DNA of 64,000 bases, from NCBI GenBank assembly GCA_963749655.1, contig CAVVOB010000028.1, forward strand, positions 1 through 64,000, read 5' to 3'. The position numbers and the translations under genes were made by a program. Source of the stretch: Nitrospirota bacterium (GTDB lineage Bacteria; Nitrospirota; UBA9217). This document shows, piece after piece, positions 1 to 9,199 of the stretch (the stretch's first letter is position 1; the number at the start of each line of letters is the position of its first letter). The notes beneath the pieces were generated by a model, which saw only the letters and a program-made list of their open reading frames with translations, was not told the DNA's origin and made no database searches.

Positions 1-68
1 GGCACAACCCGGGCCAGGGTGGCGCGCACAATCTCGAGTTCAGCGGGTGTTATCGTCAGCTGTTTCAC
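1..68 (-). CDS. Minimal nucleotidyltransferase (MntA/HI0073-type antitoxin), N-terminus only; runs off the window
   Basis: GTG at 68 overlaps the stop of the upstream HEPN gene (GTGA); reads MKQLTITPAELEIVRATLARVV, a typical MNT N-terminus. Confidence 0.65.
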   Translation of the reverse strand, partial: MKQLTITPAELEIVRATLARVV

Positions 69-484
69 GGGTTCCGTTTCTCCAGCTCGGACAGGAGAGC
101 GCGCATGTCGTCGTAAAATGCGGGAAGGATCGCCTCGATCTGCCCGGCTTTTGCCTGGTTATACGTGTGGCTCGTAATGTTCCGTTTGTCGCGGTAGTCC
201 TTGAATCTGCCTACTGCGTCCACAAGGCCGGCTTCCGCAGCCGAGCGGATGATATCCATATACGCCATTTTATCGATCGACGCCGGATCGGCATTCATCT
301 GCTCCAACTGCCGTTTCATCATCTTGAATGCAAGTTCATGGGTGAATTCAAAGCACTGAATTGCGGAATTCCGAAATTGTTCATGGAGCCGGGGGTCATT
401 CTTCGCGCTGTCAGAGGTTAGAAAGGTCATACTTCTTTCGAGCGCGGAAACGGCATCGCGAAAAGACGTCAGATCGAGCTTCAT
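65..484 (-). CDS. HI0074-family nucleotidyltransferase substrate-binding / HEPN toxin
   Basis: RNSAIQCFEFTHELAFKMMK and RNITSHTY (RX4H) motifs. Confidence 0.85.
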   Translation of the reverse strand: MKLDLTSFRDAVSALERSMTFLTSDSAKNDPRLHEQFRNSAIQCFEFTHELAFKMMKRQLEQMNADPASIDKMAYMDIIRSAAEAGLVDAVGRFKDYRDKRNITSHTYNQAKAGQIEAILPAFYDDMRALLSELEKRNP

Positions 485-820
485 TTCGTGTTCATCCTCT
501 CATTCAGGAACCCCATTGGATCGGGTCTTATATGTTGTCATTCCATACATCGTGGTCTTGTGCTCTTCACGCGGAGCGTCAGTGCGACGACGGAGGGGAG
601 GTTTCGGACAGGATGGGGATACCAGGTGCGAGGGGCCTCCCGCTGAAGTCAGAATATCGGAAACACTGACGGGAGTCAACCAATATCCTTGGGAAAAAGG
701 TGAAAAACAGGTACCTGCCCGTTTGGGCAGGTATTCGTAAAAAACGAAACGACGTTGTGCCCGGAGTTGGTGAGGCGGTGAAACGGAGCGACGCTACAGA
801 AACACGGACAACATAAAAGG

Positions 821-851
821 AAAAAGCCCATTATCTTTAATGGGCTTTTTT
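821..851. terminator. Bidirectional intrinsic terminator
   Basis: aaaaagcccatt-atcttt-aatgggcttttt inverted repeat with A/T tails. Confidence 0.75.
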
Positions 852-864
852 CTACTCGTACTAT

Positions 865-879
865 AATGGGGGGCGGCGG
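865..879 (-). repeat. Distal att site (degenerate copy of the tmRNA 3' end)
   Basis: aatggggggcggcgg versus aatggtggaggcggcgg at 32599-32615 (two 1-nt gaps); arm repeats nearby at 941-960. Confidence 0.65.
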
Positions 880-940
880 ACATTTAACAGGTTGTCCAAC
901 CGCCCTGATTTTCTAAGTTATTTGCGGGGCCATTTTTCGA

Positions 941-960
941 GTTACCCCCAAAGTTACCCC
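941..960 (+). repeat. Integrase arm-type binding repeats (GTTACCCC x2)
   Basis: gttacccccaaagttacccc; same motif x3 at 32467-32497 and inverted at 32440-32447. Confidence 0.75.
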
Positions 961-1025
961 GCGAACATCTGGACCACATAAGACTGTGCGAGACTTACTA
1001 GATTATACTGCACATCAAGCAGCGG

Positions 1026-1559
1026 ATGCAACCGAAACATGACCCTGACGTTACTCTTTTGACAGTTACAAAAATCTACCCTATAATGCGACTCATGAAA
1101 TCTATCATATCGTCGATAGTCGCTATCCTCATGATCGTGCTACTCGCGGTCCAAGCTTCCGCTGGTGACTTTGACATCAGGTTCGGGCTGATGAAAAAAG
1201 ATTCGGCAGGGAAATACTACGTTTATTCAGAGACTGCCACGATTCCCCTTACCTACAAGGACAAGGACCCCGACTTTCGATTCGGTTACTCCATAAAGAC
1301 CGCACCCGATAAAACCTTCAATACGTACATGATCATGCATACCCCGGCTGCCTTTGAGAAGTATACCGGCGAATTCAAAGATGCCGATAAGAAGGAAGGC
1401 GGTAAAGCTATTCAATCGTCCGCCAAGAATGCTGTCGCCGCGTTCACCTACTCTCTTCGGTTCGATCGCGGTGACCCTCCGGGACATTATGCAATCGATA
1501 TATGGATCAACGACAAGCTGGCCAAGACAATAGAATTCACCGTCACCGAGGCGAAATAA
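1026..1559 (+). CDS. Secreted hypothetical protein (true start probably ~1086-1095)
   Basis: Signal peptide MKSIISSIVAILMIVLLAVQASA; Ig-like C-terminus (PPGHYAIDIWIND...IEFTV). Confidence 0.6.
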   Translation: MQPKHDPDVTLLTVTKIYPIMRLMKSIISSIVAILMIVLLAVQASAGDFDIRFGLMKKDSAGKYYVYSETATIPLTYKDKDPDFRFGYSIKTAPDKTFNTYMIMHTPAAFEKYTGEFKDADKKEGGKAIQSSAKNAVAAFTYSLRFDRGDPPGHYAIDIWINDKLAKTIEFTVTEAK

Positions 1560-1601
1560 GCTTTCACTTCATCGACTATACAGCCGCCTTCTTCACGACC
1601 A

Positions 1602-1844
1602 TCACGATGCTACCTCAGGCGCAATCAGTTTTCTGATATCGTCCGCCTGCCAGCAGGTGCAGCGAGCGGACAGTTTCACCGGCTTTGGATACTTGCCCGT
1701 CTTGACCCCTGCCCACCAGGAGCTTTTGCTGATCGGGATGATCGGCGGAATGCCCTTTCTCCGGTCCCCGAGGATCTGCGACAGCCTCACAAGGCCGCGC
1801 TCCGGTAGTGCGTTCACTGCTGCCTCCTGCCCCATGCTCATCAA
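1602..1844 (-). CDS. AlpA-family regulator / excisionase
   Basis: LVRLSQILG...ISKSSWWAGVKTGKYPKPVKLSARCTCW signature. Confidence 0.9.
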   Translation of the reverse strand: MMSMGQEAAVNALPERGLVRLSQILGDRRKGIPPIIPISKSSWWAGVKTGKYPKPVKLSARCTCWQADDIRKLIAPEVAS

Positions 1845-1856
1845 TGCCTCCTCTTG

Positions 1857-2042
1857 TTAGTTGTTCGCCCTGCTGCAAATGCCTGTCGTTCGCGCGAGCT
1901 CGTCCATCTTTGCATGAAAGACGCGGTTCCATGCGTCCCGGTCCGCGTTGCTCTGCGGGTTGACTCCGGCCTTCTTGTTCGCGAACGCTACTGCGCTCGG
2001 GATGAGCGCATTCCTCTGTGCCACATACTCTGCATTCTGCAT
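1857..2042 (-). CDS. Small hypothetical protein
   Basis: RBS aaggagaag upstream; co-oriented within the operon. Confidence 0.55.
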   Translation of the reverse strand: MQNAEYVAQRNALIPSAVAFANKKAGVNPQSNADRDAWNRVFHAKMDELARTTGICSRANN

Positions 2043-2056
2043 TCGTGCTTCTCCTT

Positions 2057-2287
2057 TTAGAATGGAATCTCGCCCTCATCAAGAGGCGCTGAGTGTTGTT
2101 CCGTGCTCGTATCCTTCGGTCTGCGCTCCGCCACGACAAGCCAGCCGTCCCAGCTGCCTGCCGGCACGAGGTCGATCTTGACCGACTTCTTGCCGTCGTC
2201 CTTCTCCATCAGGACGCCGACCTTCTCCCATCTCGCCTTGCCGTTCTTGTCTTCGGTCCTTTTCCAAAGCAGATCGTATATCTTCAA
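2057..2287 (-). CDS. Small SSB-like phage protein
   Basis: TTG start with RBS aaaggagg; beta-rich core WEKVGVLME; acidic tail DEGEIPF. Confidence 0.6.
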   Translation of the reverse strand: MKIYDLLWKRTEDKNGKARWEKVGVLMEKDDGKKSVKIDLVPAGSWDGWLVVAERRPKDTSTEQHSAPLDEGEIPF

Positions 2288-2301
2288 TGTTCCTCCTTTC
2301 G

Positions 2302-2761
2302 TTATCGCCAGATGAACCAGACGAACTGCGCTACTGCCGACGCCCAGCAGCGCTCCTGCCATTGCCTCGCGGGGAGTGTGGCCGAGCACTTCCCGCAGCG
2401 GTTCATTCCGCAGCGGGTGGCCGAACTGGAGCGTGCCGGTCAGGATGTTGATAGACCGCGCATGGCGGCCGGAGTGGAACCGGACGCCGATAGCGTCATA
2501 GATGACGATCAGCGCCAGAATGAATGCGACAGCAAAAGCGGCCGTGTTGTATCCGATGTAGAGGCCGACGCCGTGGGCCGCAGCGGACACCATCGCGGCA
2601 TGGGCGCTCGGCATTCCTCCGGGACGTATATATAGAAGGATCGACCAATCCCACTTCCCGGTTTTGAGGTAGTGGATCGGCACCTTGCCGCTCTGAGCGA
2701 GGAACCATGCAGAGATTGCGGCAACGAGTATGTGGTTTGCGAACATTCCAAAGGGATTCAT
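2302..2761 (-). CDS. Divergent PAP2 / DUF212 membrane protein (1-nt indel near the 3' end)
   Basis: GGMPSAH, YDAIGVR, LGHTPRE motifs; alternative frame ends VAQFVWFIWR* at 2302. Confidence 0.85.
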
Positions 2762-2780
2762 GCTTGTGGGGCCTCCTGGA

Positions 2781-3002
2781 TTAGACTTTCACGTCGTAGG
2801 CGCGCGAGACGGTCCTGTACGTGCGCTTCGTTGTCGGGTGGTCGAATGCATCGTCCGCGATCTTCGTGAGCGTCGCGGCAATCGCGCGCAGCTGCTTGGG
2901 TGTGTGCGCTGAGCAGTTGCCATAGAACGGGCCGTGCAGCACCGCGAGCGGCTCCTTGTCGAGGGTCTGCGTGAACGTCACATGGATTCGTACCGGGTTC
3001 AT
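2781..3002 (-). CDS. Hypothetical protein
   Basis: MNPVRIHVTF...; ATGA overlap with the upstream ORF. Confidence 0.5.
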   Translation of the reverse strand: MNPVRIHVTFTQTLDKEPLAVLHGPFYGNCSAHTPKQLRAIAATLTKIADDAFDHPTTKRTYRTVSRAYDVKV

Positions 3003-3181
3003 GCTTTGGCGATCCTCCTTCGTCCCATCTCGCCGGGTGCCGCGCAGAGCGGACACTCGGTCTCGGGTTTGTGATGCGGAACGGGAACGTCGTCCGCGTT
3101 GTCCGCCACACAGGCAACGAGCCAGACCATGTTGCACTCCGGACAGTGGAAGTCTAGGTCGAAGGAACCATCCGCCATCAT
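2999..3181 (-). CDS. Small Zn-ribbon protein
   Basis: CPEC...CPLC cysteine pairs. Confidence 0.55.
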   Translation of the reverse strand: MMADGSFDLDFHCPECNMVWLVACVADNADDVPVPHHKPETECPLCAAPGEMGRRRIAKA

Positions 3182-3357
3182 CGAAGCGCGACCCCCTGCG
3201 CGATGAAGACCTGGCACGAGTGCTGCGACTTCACGAAAGCGATGTCCTTTTCAAGTTGCCTGGGCGTGGTCTTGACTGCGGTGAACATGTCCCCGCATTT
3301 CGGATACTCGGGGTTGATGTAGATGATCCAGAGCGCTTTTTGTGTCCAAGGTGCCTC

Positions 3358-3856
3358 CTATCTGATCCGGAGATGGGTCTTCTCAGTGACGAGCCGGGCA
3401 CCAGTCACGGCCTCGCCGTTCTTGAGGGCCGCGAGCATCCCCGTCTTGTCGATCTCCGTGATCTGCTTGATCTTGATGAACCGGGCGGGGAGCTGATCCT
3501 CCGCGAGGATCTCCACGCTCGGCGGGTTCTTCTGGATGCGGAGCGTCACGGTCGGCGATTCGATCTTCTGCACGTCCGCCTGTTCCATGCAAGACTTTGA
3601 TGTAGGCCAAGAGCCGCGTCCGGAGATTCTCGGCGACCTTCTTCTTGCGCTGGAGCCGGGCTATCTCCGTCTCGATCATGGATTCGACGCCCGCGATGTC
3701 GAGGGTCCACTTGGCAATGCCCTGCGACTTCGCGCGGAAGTCGAGGGCGACGGAGTCGAGCCTCGCTTCCAGGTCCGGCGTAAGCTCGCCGTCTGCGCTG
3801 ATGATCTCGTCATTGATCGTGGCAAGTTCGGTGCTCAGTTCATACAAGTGCGCCAT
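3358..3856 (-). CDS. Siphovirus Gp157-family protein (frameshift ~3595)
   Basis: MAHLYEL coiled-coil N-terminus plus KNPPSV...IDK...GEAVTGARL...HLRIR C-terminus in the adjacent frame. Confidence 0.85.
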
Positions 3857-4742
3857 CTTTCACTTCTCCTTTCTCCAGTTCTACCTTCCTCCGCTCCTTG
3901 AGGTCGATGATGATGGTCCGGTCAATGAGCGGGAGGGCGTCGATTTCCGCCTGATGCTTCTTCCACCAGTTGCGGAACTCGAACAGGTTCTGGATGGCAT
4001 TGATCCGGGCGGCCAGCGCGTCCCGCGCAGCCGCCGCCTTCGCGTCCCCGTCTATGCCAGTCTCCAGCCAGTTCATGAGCGCCTGACCGGTCTCGATCCC
4101 CGGAGTGAAGTGCTTGCCGTCGAACAGACGGGTGCGGTCCTTGCTGGCCGTGGCAACGTGGCTGTCGATACTCATATCGAAGACGCAGGTGAACTCGTAG
4201 TCCACGCCTTCGCGCTGGACCGGCGCAAGCCCGATCTTGACCGGCTTCTTCTTGCCGTTGCCGTCGTCTACGAGGTCGTAGGCCGTCTTTGTCCGGAGTG
4301 TGGCAATGACGTGGAGCCGCGCACCAAGCACAGCCTCGACCAGGGCGTTGTGCTGAGGCGTGATCTCGCGCCATGCTGTGAAGCTGTTCCCGCTCCGCAT
4401 GGCGGCAGCGGCCTTGTCGTGCATGTCCAGGAGACCGCCCTCACCGGCCCATGCATGGGAGAAACTGTCGATGATGAGGACCGAGTAGCCCGCTGCTTCT
4501 GCAGCGGCAATCGCGTTCCGGTATTTCTCGGGAGTGTACGGCGGGGTGAGTGAGGCGGTGTCGAATTCGCAGAGGTCGGCATACAGCGAACCGCTTTCGT
4601 GCTCAGTGTCGATCAGCGCGATCTTTCCGCCGAGGCCTTGAGCGATCAGGAGCGCACTGTAGGTCTTGCCGCTGCCTGCCGGTCCACAGAGCGCCAGCCG
4701 CAGGCGGGCTTTCTTCCGTTCAGCTTTTTGAAACATGGTCAT
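3840..4742 (-). CDS. Sak4-like AAA_24 ATPase / single-strand annealing protein
   Basis: FQKAERKKARLRLAL, GPAGSGKT, IDTEHES, IIDSFSHAW, QREGVDYEF. Confidence 0.9.
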   Translation of the reverse strand: MTMFQKAERKKARLRLALCGPAGSGKTYSALLIAQGLGGKIALIDTEHESGSLYADLCEFDTASLTPPYTPEKYRNAIAAAEAAGYSVLIIDSFSHAWAGEGGLLDMHDKAAAAMRSGNSFTAWREITPQHNALVEAVLGARLHVIATLRTKTAYDLVDDGNGKKKPVKIGLAPVQREGVDYEFTCVFDMSIDSHVATASKDRTRLFDGKHFTPGIETGQALMNWLETGIDGDAKAAAARDALAARINAIQNLFEFRNWWKKHQAEIDALPLIDRTIIIDLKERRKVELEKGEVKDGALV

Positions 4743-4923
4743 CCTCCTTGTCGTTTTGTACGCTTTCGCTTACACTATGGGCAAAAAAAGAGCGCATGAG
4801 CTGCCAAAATGTGCAGGATGCGCAGAGAAAGTCTCGCGTGTCCAAGGTGAATTTCCCGCAAACGCTGCATGTAGCCGCGAGAGGCTCACCCTTTTCATTT
4901 CTGATCAGAATCTTTACTTCCAA
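4720..4923 (-). CDS. Small Cys-containing hypothetical protein
   Basis: TTG after RBS ggagga; CSVC and CASC. Confidence 0.45.
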   Translation of the reverse strand: MEVKILIRNEKGEPLAATCSVCGKFTLDTRDFLCASCTFWQLMRSFFAHSVSESVQNDKEDDHVSKS

Positions 4924-4941
4924 TATGCTCCTCCGCTCAAC

Positions 4942-4984
4942 GTAAGCCATAGCTTACACTAACACGGAGAGCATGTCAAGCTTC
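4942..4984 (-). promoter_or_regulatory. Sigma70 promoter plus operator for the recombination operon
   Basis: TTGACA-N17-TAAGCT on minus strand; overlapping palindrome GTAAGC-CATA-GCTTAC; near-identical layout at 19886-19928. Confidence 0.7.
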
Positions 4985-4995
4985 TCGTTCACTCG

Positions 4996-6243
4996 TTAGA
5001 ATTCTGTATCCTCATCCCTAAGATAGCGCGCCTCGTAGTCATAATGAACTCCCGTCACTTGGACAACGCGAGCGCTGTTCGGCTGGTAAGTCAGCAGACC
5101 CTCTGGCTGTTCGCTGTGCGATACGGTCCCTTGCTGACCAAACAACACAATATTATGTTGGCTTAATTCTGTTTCTGTAAGACCCCGGTCATGAACATCG
5201 TGGCTTGGTTCTTCGAGTTCAGCTGACAATGTACCTGTCTGAGCAGAGGCATAGAGAATTCCGTCGAAACCGAGTACGTTTGAAACGTACTCTGCTACAG
5301 CCTGAGTAGGAATATACTCTAATTGTTCATCGCGGGGTTGAACAGGTCTTGAGATGAGATGATGAAAACCTTGCAAGAACTTAAGGCGAGCTGCACGGTT
5401 TGCATAATTAGGATGAAAGATACTGCCAGCAAAACCGACGCCGATCCGTGAAAGGTCAAGTAGGCGAAAGCGTTGACTCGGAATGAAACGACCGACAGTA
5501 ACCAGACCAGCAACGGATGGCCGCACTTCAGCAATAGCAGTGACCTCTGATAACGCGCCATAAAATACGGAGATGCCCGCAGGATTCATACGGCCAGCGG
5601 GAGCAATGGCAGCTGATGGAGGGCCCAATTCTACGGCGGGTTGATCCAAGATGCTTCTCGCGGCGTCCTCTGATTCCGCAAGCCGAGCCCTGAATATTTC
5701 TGATATTCTCGTACCTGGCCCTATTTCGAGAACAGGCAGTTGGGATGCTTCAGCGCCGCCCGGAGCGCCAAGTATCTCTTCAAGTTCCTGCCTGGCTACG
5801 GCATCAAAAAACCGTGCATGATGCCTTATTCTTCTGGAAAAGGATTCCCAATTTTCCGAATATGGCCAAGATGATAGATTTGTTCGGTGATAGTTCTGAT
5901 CTCTCTCATAGAACCGCTCGTCTCCTGGTCTTTCTGATGCTTCTAATATGCGGGCGAGTTCCTCAGCTGCGTCATAGTCGATTTCAAGTTCTTCATGCAA
6001 TAAGTCTTCAAGACTGTCGCCTTCTTGCACATCCTCCACGCCTGCGGCGTTGAATGCCGGCCGCCAGTGACCTTGTTGGCAATATTCTTGTAGAGTATCA
6101 TCGATCGCTATTGCAAGATCCTCCAAGTCGATGCCCCTGACGTTTTCGTCATGACAATAGTCGCAATCGCCAAGTTCGGATTCTTCCGCAACGAAATCGC
6201 GAGCCGGTTCGTCATGAATGCAATTTAAGCAGATAAAAGACAC
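4996..6243 (-). CDS. RES-domain protein with Cys-rich HEPN/RES-type N-terminal domain
   Basis: CLNC/CDYC N-terminus; IFRAR, GRMNPAGISVFY, AEVRP, YIPTQ, GILYAS. Confidence 0.85.
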   Translation of the reverse strand: MSFICLNCIHDEPARDFVAEESELGDCDYCHDENVRGIDLEDLAIAIDDTLQEYCQQGHWRPAFNAAGVEDVQEGDSLEDLLHEELEIDYDAAEELARILEASERPGDERFYERDQNYHRTNLSSWPYSENWESFSRRIRHHARFFDAVARQELEEILGAPGGAEASQLPVLEIGPGTRISEIFRARLAESEDAARSILDQPAVELGPPSAAIAPAGRMNPAGISVFYGALSEVTAIAEVRPSVAGLVTVGRFIPSQRFRLLDLSRIGVGFAGSIFHPNYANRAARLKFLQGFHHLISRPVQPRDEQLEYIPTQAVAEYVSNVLGFDGILYASAQTGTLSAELEEPSHDVHDRGLTETELSQHNIVLFGQQGTVSHSEQPEGLLTYQPNSARVVQVTGVHYDYEARYLRDEDTEF

Positions 6244-6275
6244 GATGGTTAACTCCCAGAGCGCTTCGAGACATG

Positions 6276-7166
6276 CTATTGTCGTGGCTTCTTCTTAACG
6301 ATGCCTTCATAATATCTGACAAGGTCAACGACCTTCGCGACATCGCGATTGGCATTCTTTAATTGTTCGCCGAGACCCATTAGAATATTGAGGACTGTTT
6401 CATCCGTTATGTACCGAAACAAGCCGGATGCCCACAATTTGAGATTCTCATCACCAGCATTCTTGTAATAGTCCCAAAAACGAACTTTGACAAGATTATA
6501 GTCGATGTCAATCGAGCGAGCCTTGTCTCCGAATATTTCCGTCTCTTTGCCCGGGTCCTCCGTTATTCTATCAATCAACAAACATCCGACAATTATTCTG
6601 TCTTTTTCCTCTGAGCCTGGCGGTCTCGTGGTTAAGATCGCCACCCTCCCCTTGCGTGCACTGTGAATTCGCCGCGGCTGAGTCTTTTCCGCTGTTGTTG
6701 TGTCCCAACCCGCAGCAAAGTACATTTCTTTCAAGGCAATGCTTTCATAACAAGGATGATTGCCGAGAGAGACGTTGGCGTCGAAGTCCTGACAGTTATT
6801 GCTCGACAGACTGCACCAAGCCCTGTTCTCTGACAAGTTGTATCTGTAAGCAGCCTCGCTACATGGGGCTTGATAATGCTTATCGTTCCAATTGCACTTA
6901 AAGGCGATATTGCCGTCTTCTTTTTTACCAGCCTCTCTTTTCGACAAGATGTTATCAATGTCAGTTGCCAAGGCCTCAAGCTGTGTAGCTCTCTTGCTTA
7001 TAATGCTTTTTTGTTCGCTCGTAGCTATGCTTTTAAGCTTGTTGAAAAGATCACGAGCCTGCCCTAGCTTCTCCATCGAATCTGAAATGGATTTCTTTCG
7101 TATCCACGACTTTGTTTCATCGATGAGTTTATCAATTGTTTCTCTTATTTCAATAAAATGCTGCAT
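6276..7166 (-). CDS. Hypothetical protein (helical N-terminus plus Cys-containing domain)
   Basis: 296-aa AT-rich ORF; NIAFKCNWND, WCS, PCYES, ILTTRPPG. Confidence 0.7.
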   Translation of the reverse strand: MQHFIEIRETIDKLIDETKSWIRKKSISDSMEKLGQARDLFNKLKSIATSEQKSIISKRATQLEALATDIDNILSKREAGKKEDGNIAFKCNWNDKHYQAPCSEAAYRYNLSENRAWCSLSSNNCQDFDANVSLGNHPCYESIALKEMYFAAGWDTTTAEKTQPRRIHSARKGRVAILTTRPPGSEEKDRIIVGCLLIDRITEDPGKETEIFGDKARSIDIDYNLVKVRFWDYYKNAGDENLKLWASGLFRYITDETVLNILMGLGEQLKNANRDVAKVVDLVRYYEGIVKKKPRQ

Positions 7167-7175
7167 AACGGTATC

Positions 7176-8597
7176 CTACTTTTCAGCAATCTCAAATTTA
7201 CTCGTCTTAGATCTGAACAATTTAATACCTAGTATTTGGCAGACATCCAACGCGCTACCGATATATTTATTTACCGCAGCATTGATGCAGCATGCTTTAT
7301 TATAGTCTGCTTCACTTAGGCTCATCTGCCCTCGGTAGACTCGTTGAGCAGCTGCACCTGGCGTAAGACCATGCGTATCGAACCATTTCTTATACTCTTC
7401 CAGCACTTTGTCCCTGGTCCACAGAACTGTGCTATGTTCTTCTTGACCGAGAATAATGCGTAACTTTCTGACTCCTCCGATCCATGTCTTAATATAAACT
7501 GCCAGTGTATTGAGTGCTGGGCCTTTACGGTTTTTCCACTTTCCTCTTTTTCTAAGCCACTCTTCCGTGGGAAACTTGCCACCTGGACTTTTACTGGCGA
7601 GGTCCTTGCAATACTCTACCAATTCATCTGTATTTGACCAATGAGTTGACTGAATTATCTTATCAGTTGCCTTTTCAAATATATACGGTTTAATCAATCC
7701 TATATATGGTTTTAATATCAAGCTGAGACGTTTCTCGTCGAAACAATCTTGGTATTGAATCCCCAAGAATTGGTCGTTTGAAGAATTATATTTTTCTTTT
7801 ATAAGACGTTTCTTCGCATATCCTTTTTCATCGTGGCCGAGGGGTTTGTCACCCCATATTTCGACATCGATCCACTTCTTTTTATTACTTAAGAAAGTTA
7901 AATCATAATACCCATAATTCTGCTTCGCATACTTTGCGAAATCTGCCGGATATTTTCTCCCGATCTTATGATCGATTCCCCTAGCATATAAGAAGTTAGA
8001 TAATGACGCTTCAGGATGACTACGCCACCTCATGTTGTTTCTTGATTCAATGAAAGAGCTTCCCTGAAAGGAGTCGAACTGCGAGCGTAAATCGGCCCAT
8101 GTTTTGTTATGGCTATAAACTGCCTGTACTAAAGAACCTCGCCCATTCTTAGAAAACCACTCACCAGGAGGCAAAAATCCTTTCTCTTTAAATACCGCTC
8201 TTGCCTCCTTTATTACTCGTTCCCATGACCAGCGATATTGTATTTTATCACCGACTCTTCTTTTAAAACTTTTTCTTCTGTGTACTGCATATTCATCCTC
8301 TAACCCTAGAAGTCGAATTAACTGTTGTTGGGTGATTCCAAATCTGTATAAGCGATAATAAAGCCTATTCGTAATCTTCAGTCGTTTAAAAGATATTCCT
8401 TTAAAACCATGCTTTGCGTATAACTGACGGCATTCCTCAATTAACTCTTTTTGGGTCTTGCCGCAGATTTTCTTGCACGTAGTTCTCCTAGTTTTACTGA
8501 TCATGTGAGCTTTCGGAGCCCCTTTCTTAAGGTCCAGTTCGAGCATACCGAATTTTAATAAAAACAACAAGCTCAAATCAGAAGAGCCCCGGATCAT
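7176..8597 (-). CDS. Putative PD-(D/E)xK nuclease with repeated helical DNA-binding modules (start probably ~8504)
   Basis: RSHPEASLSNFL...YDLTF...IDVEIWG; repeats of W(S/T)xxxV/L...GxxP. Confidence 0.6.
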   Translation of the reverse strand: MIRGSSDLSLLFLLKFGMLELDLKKGAPKAHMISKTRRTTCKKICGKTQKELIEECRQLYAKHGFKGISFKRLKITNRLYYRLYRFGITQQQLIRLLGLEDEYAVHRRKSFKRRVGDKIQYRWSWERVIKEARAVFKEKGFLPPGEWFSKNGRGSLVQAVYSHNKTWADLRSQFDSFQGSSFIESRNNMRWRSHPEASLSNFLYARGIDHKIGRKYPADFAKYAKQNYGYYDLTFLSNKKKWIDVEIWGDKPLGHDEKGYAKKRLIKEKYNSSNDQFLGIQYQDCFDEKRLSLILKPYIGLIKPYIFEKATDKIIQSTHWSNTDELVEYCKDLASKSPGGKFPTEEWLRKRGKWKNRKGPALNTLAVYIKTWIGGVRKLRIILGQEEHSTVLWTRDKVLEEYKKWFDTHGLTPGAAAQRVYRGQMSLSEADYNKACCINAAVNKYIGSALDVCQILGIKLFRSKTSKFEIAEK

Positions 8598-8612
8598 CCG
8601 GGGCTCTCTTTT
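8582..8612 (-). terminator. Hairpin / terminator after the DUF6573-like gene
   Basis: agagccccggat-c-atccggggctct inverted repeat. Confidence 0.6.
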
Positions 8613-8620
8613 CCGAATTA

Positions 8621-9002
8621 TCAGTATTCTTCCGGCAGCAGGATCGTGAAGCCCTCATACTCCGAGAAGCAGAGCCAGAGCGTGACCGTAGCGGACCGGC
8701 GCGGGTCGGTCTGGTAGATCACCTCGAACGGGACAAGGTGCTTCTCCCCTGCCCGCTTGAATGCCGCAGCAGCCAGGAACAACGTATCCCATAACCGCCC
8801 GCTGTAGTCTTGCCAGCCGGAAAGAAGCTCCGGCACCTGCACGAGCGCATGCACGCCCACGGTAAGACAGACCGGAACACGGAACCCCGCCTCTTTCGCC
8901 TCCGGCGTCTCGCTCACATCGACCAGCTGACCATCCGCAATAGCCTGCTCACGCGTGTACATATGAATCACGCCCCACCCTTCTACATGCTGCTTGTCCA
9001 TT
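8621..9002 (-). CDS. DUF6573-like protein of mobile elements
   Basis: RBS aggagg; YTREQAIADGQLVDVS, EAGFRVPV, GRLWD, TILLPEEY. Confidence 0.75.
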
Positions 9003-9199
9003 GTGCTACCTCCTATTTGTTGCTTGAGATTAATTCCGGCTCCGAGAACCGGAAAGACAACTGAGGATCTACCGGGAACAGCCGCGCCAGGGCACACCCG
9101 CCGCAAAGACCACAGGCCGGGCCGACCTCGCACCAGCCGGAAGGACCGGCGACACTGGTCGAGGACAGCGACGACCTGCTCCACAAGACCCACCTCCTT

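Noticed and set aside
2057-2761. Apparent DUF212-SSB fusion (234 aa)
   Set aside because: An internal RBS and TTG at 2287, and a natural hydrophobic end in another frame, point to two genes joined by a 1-nt indel
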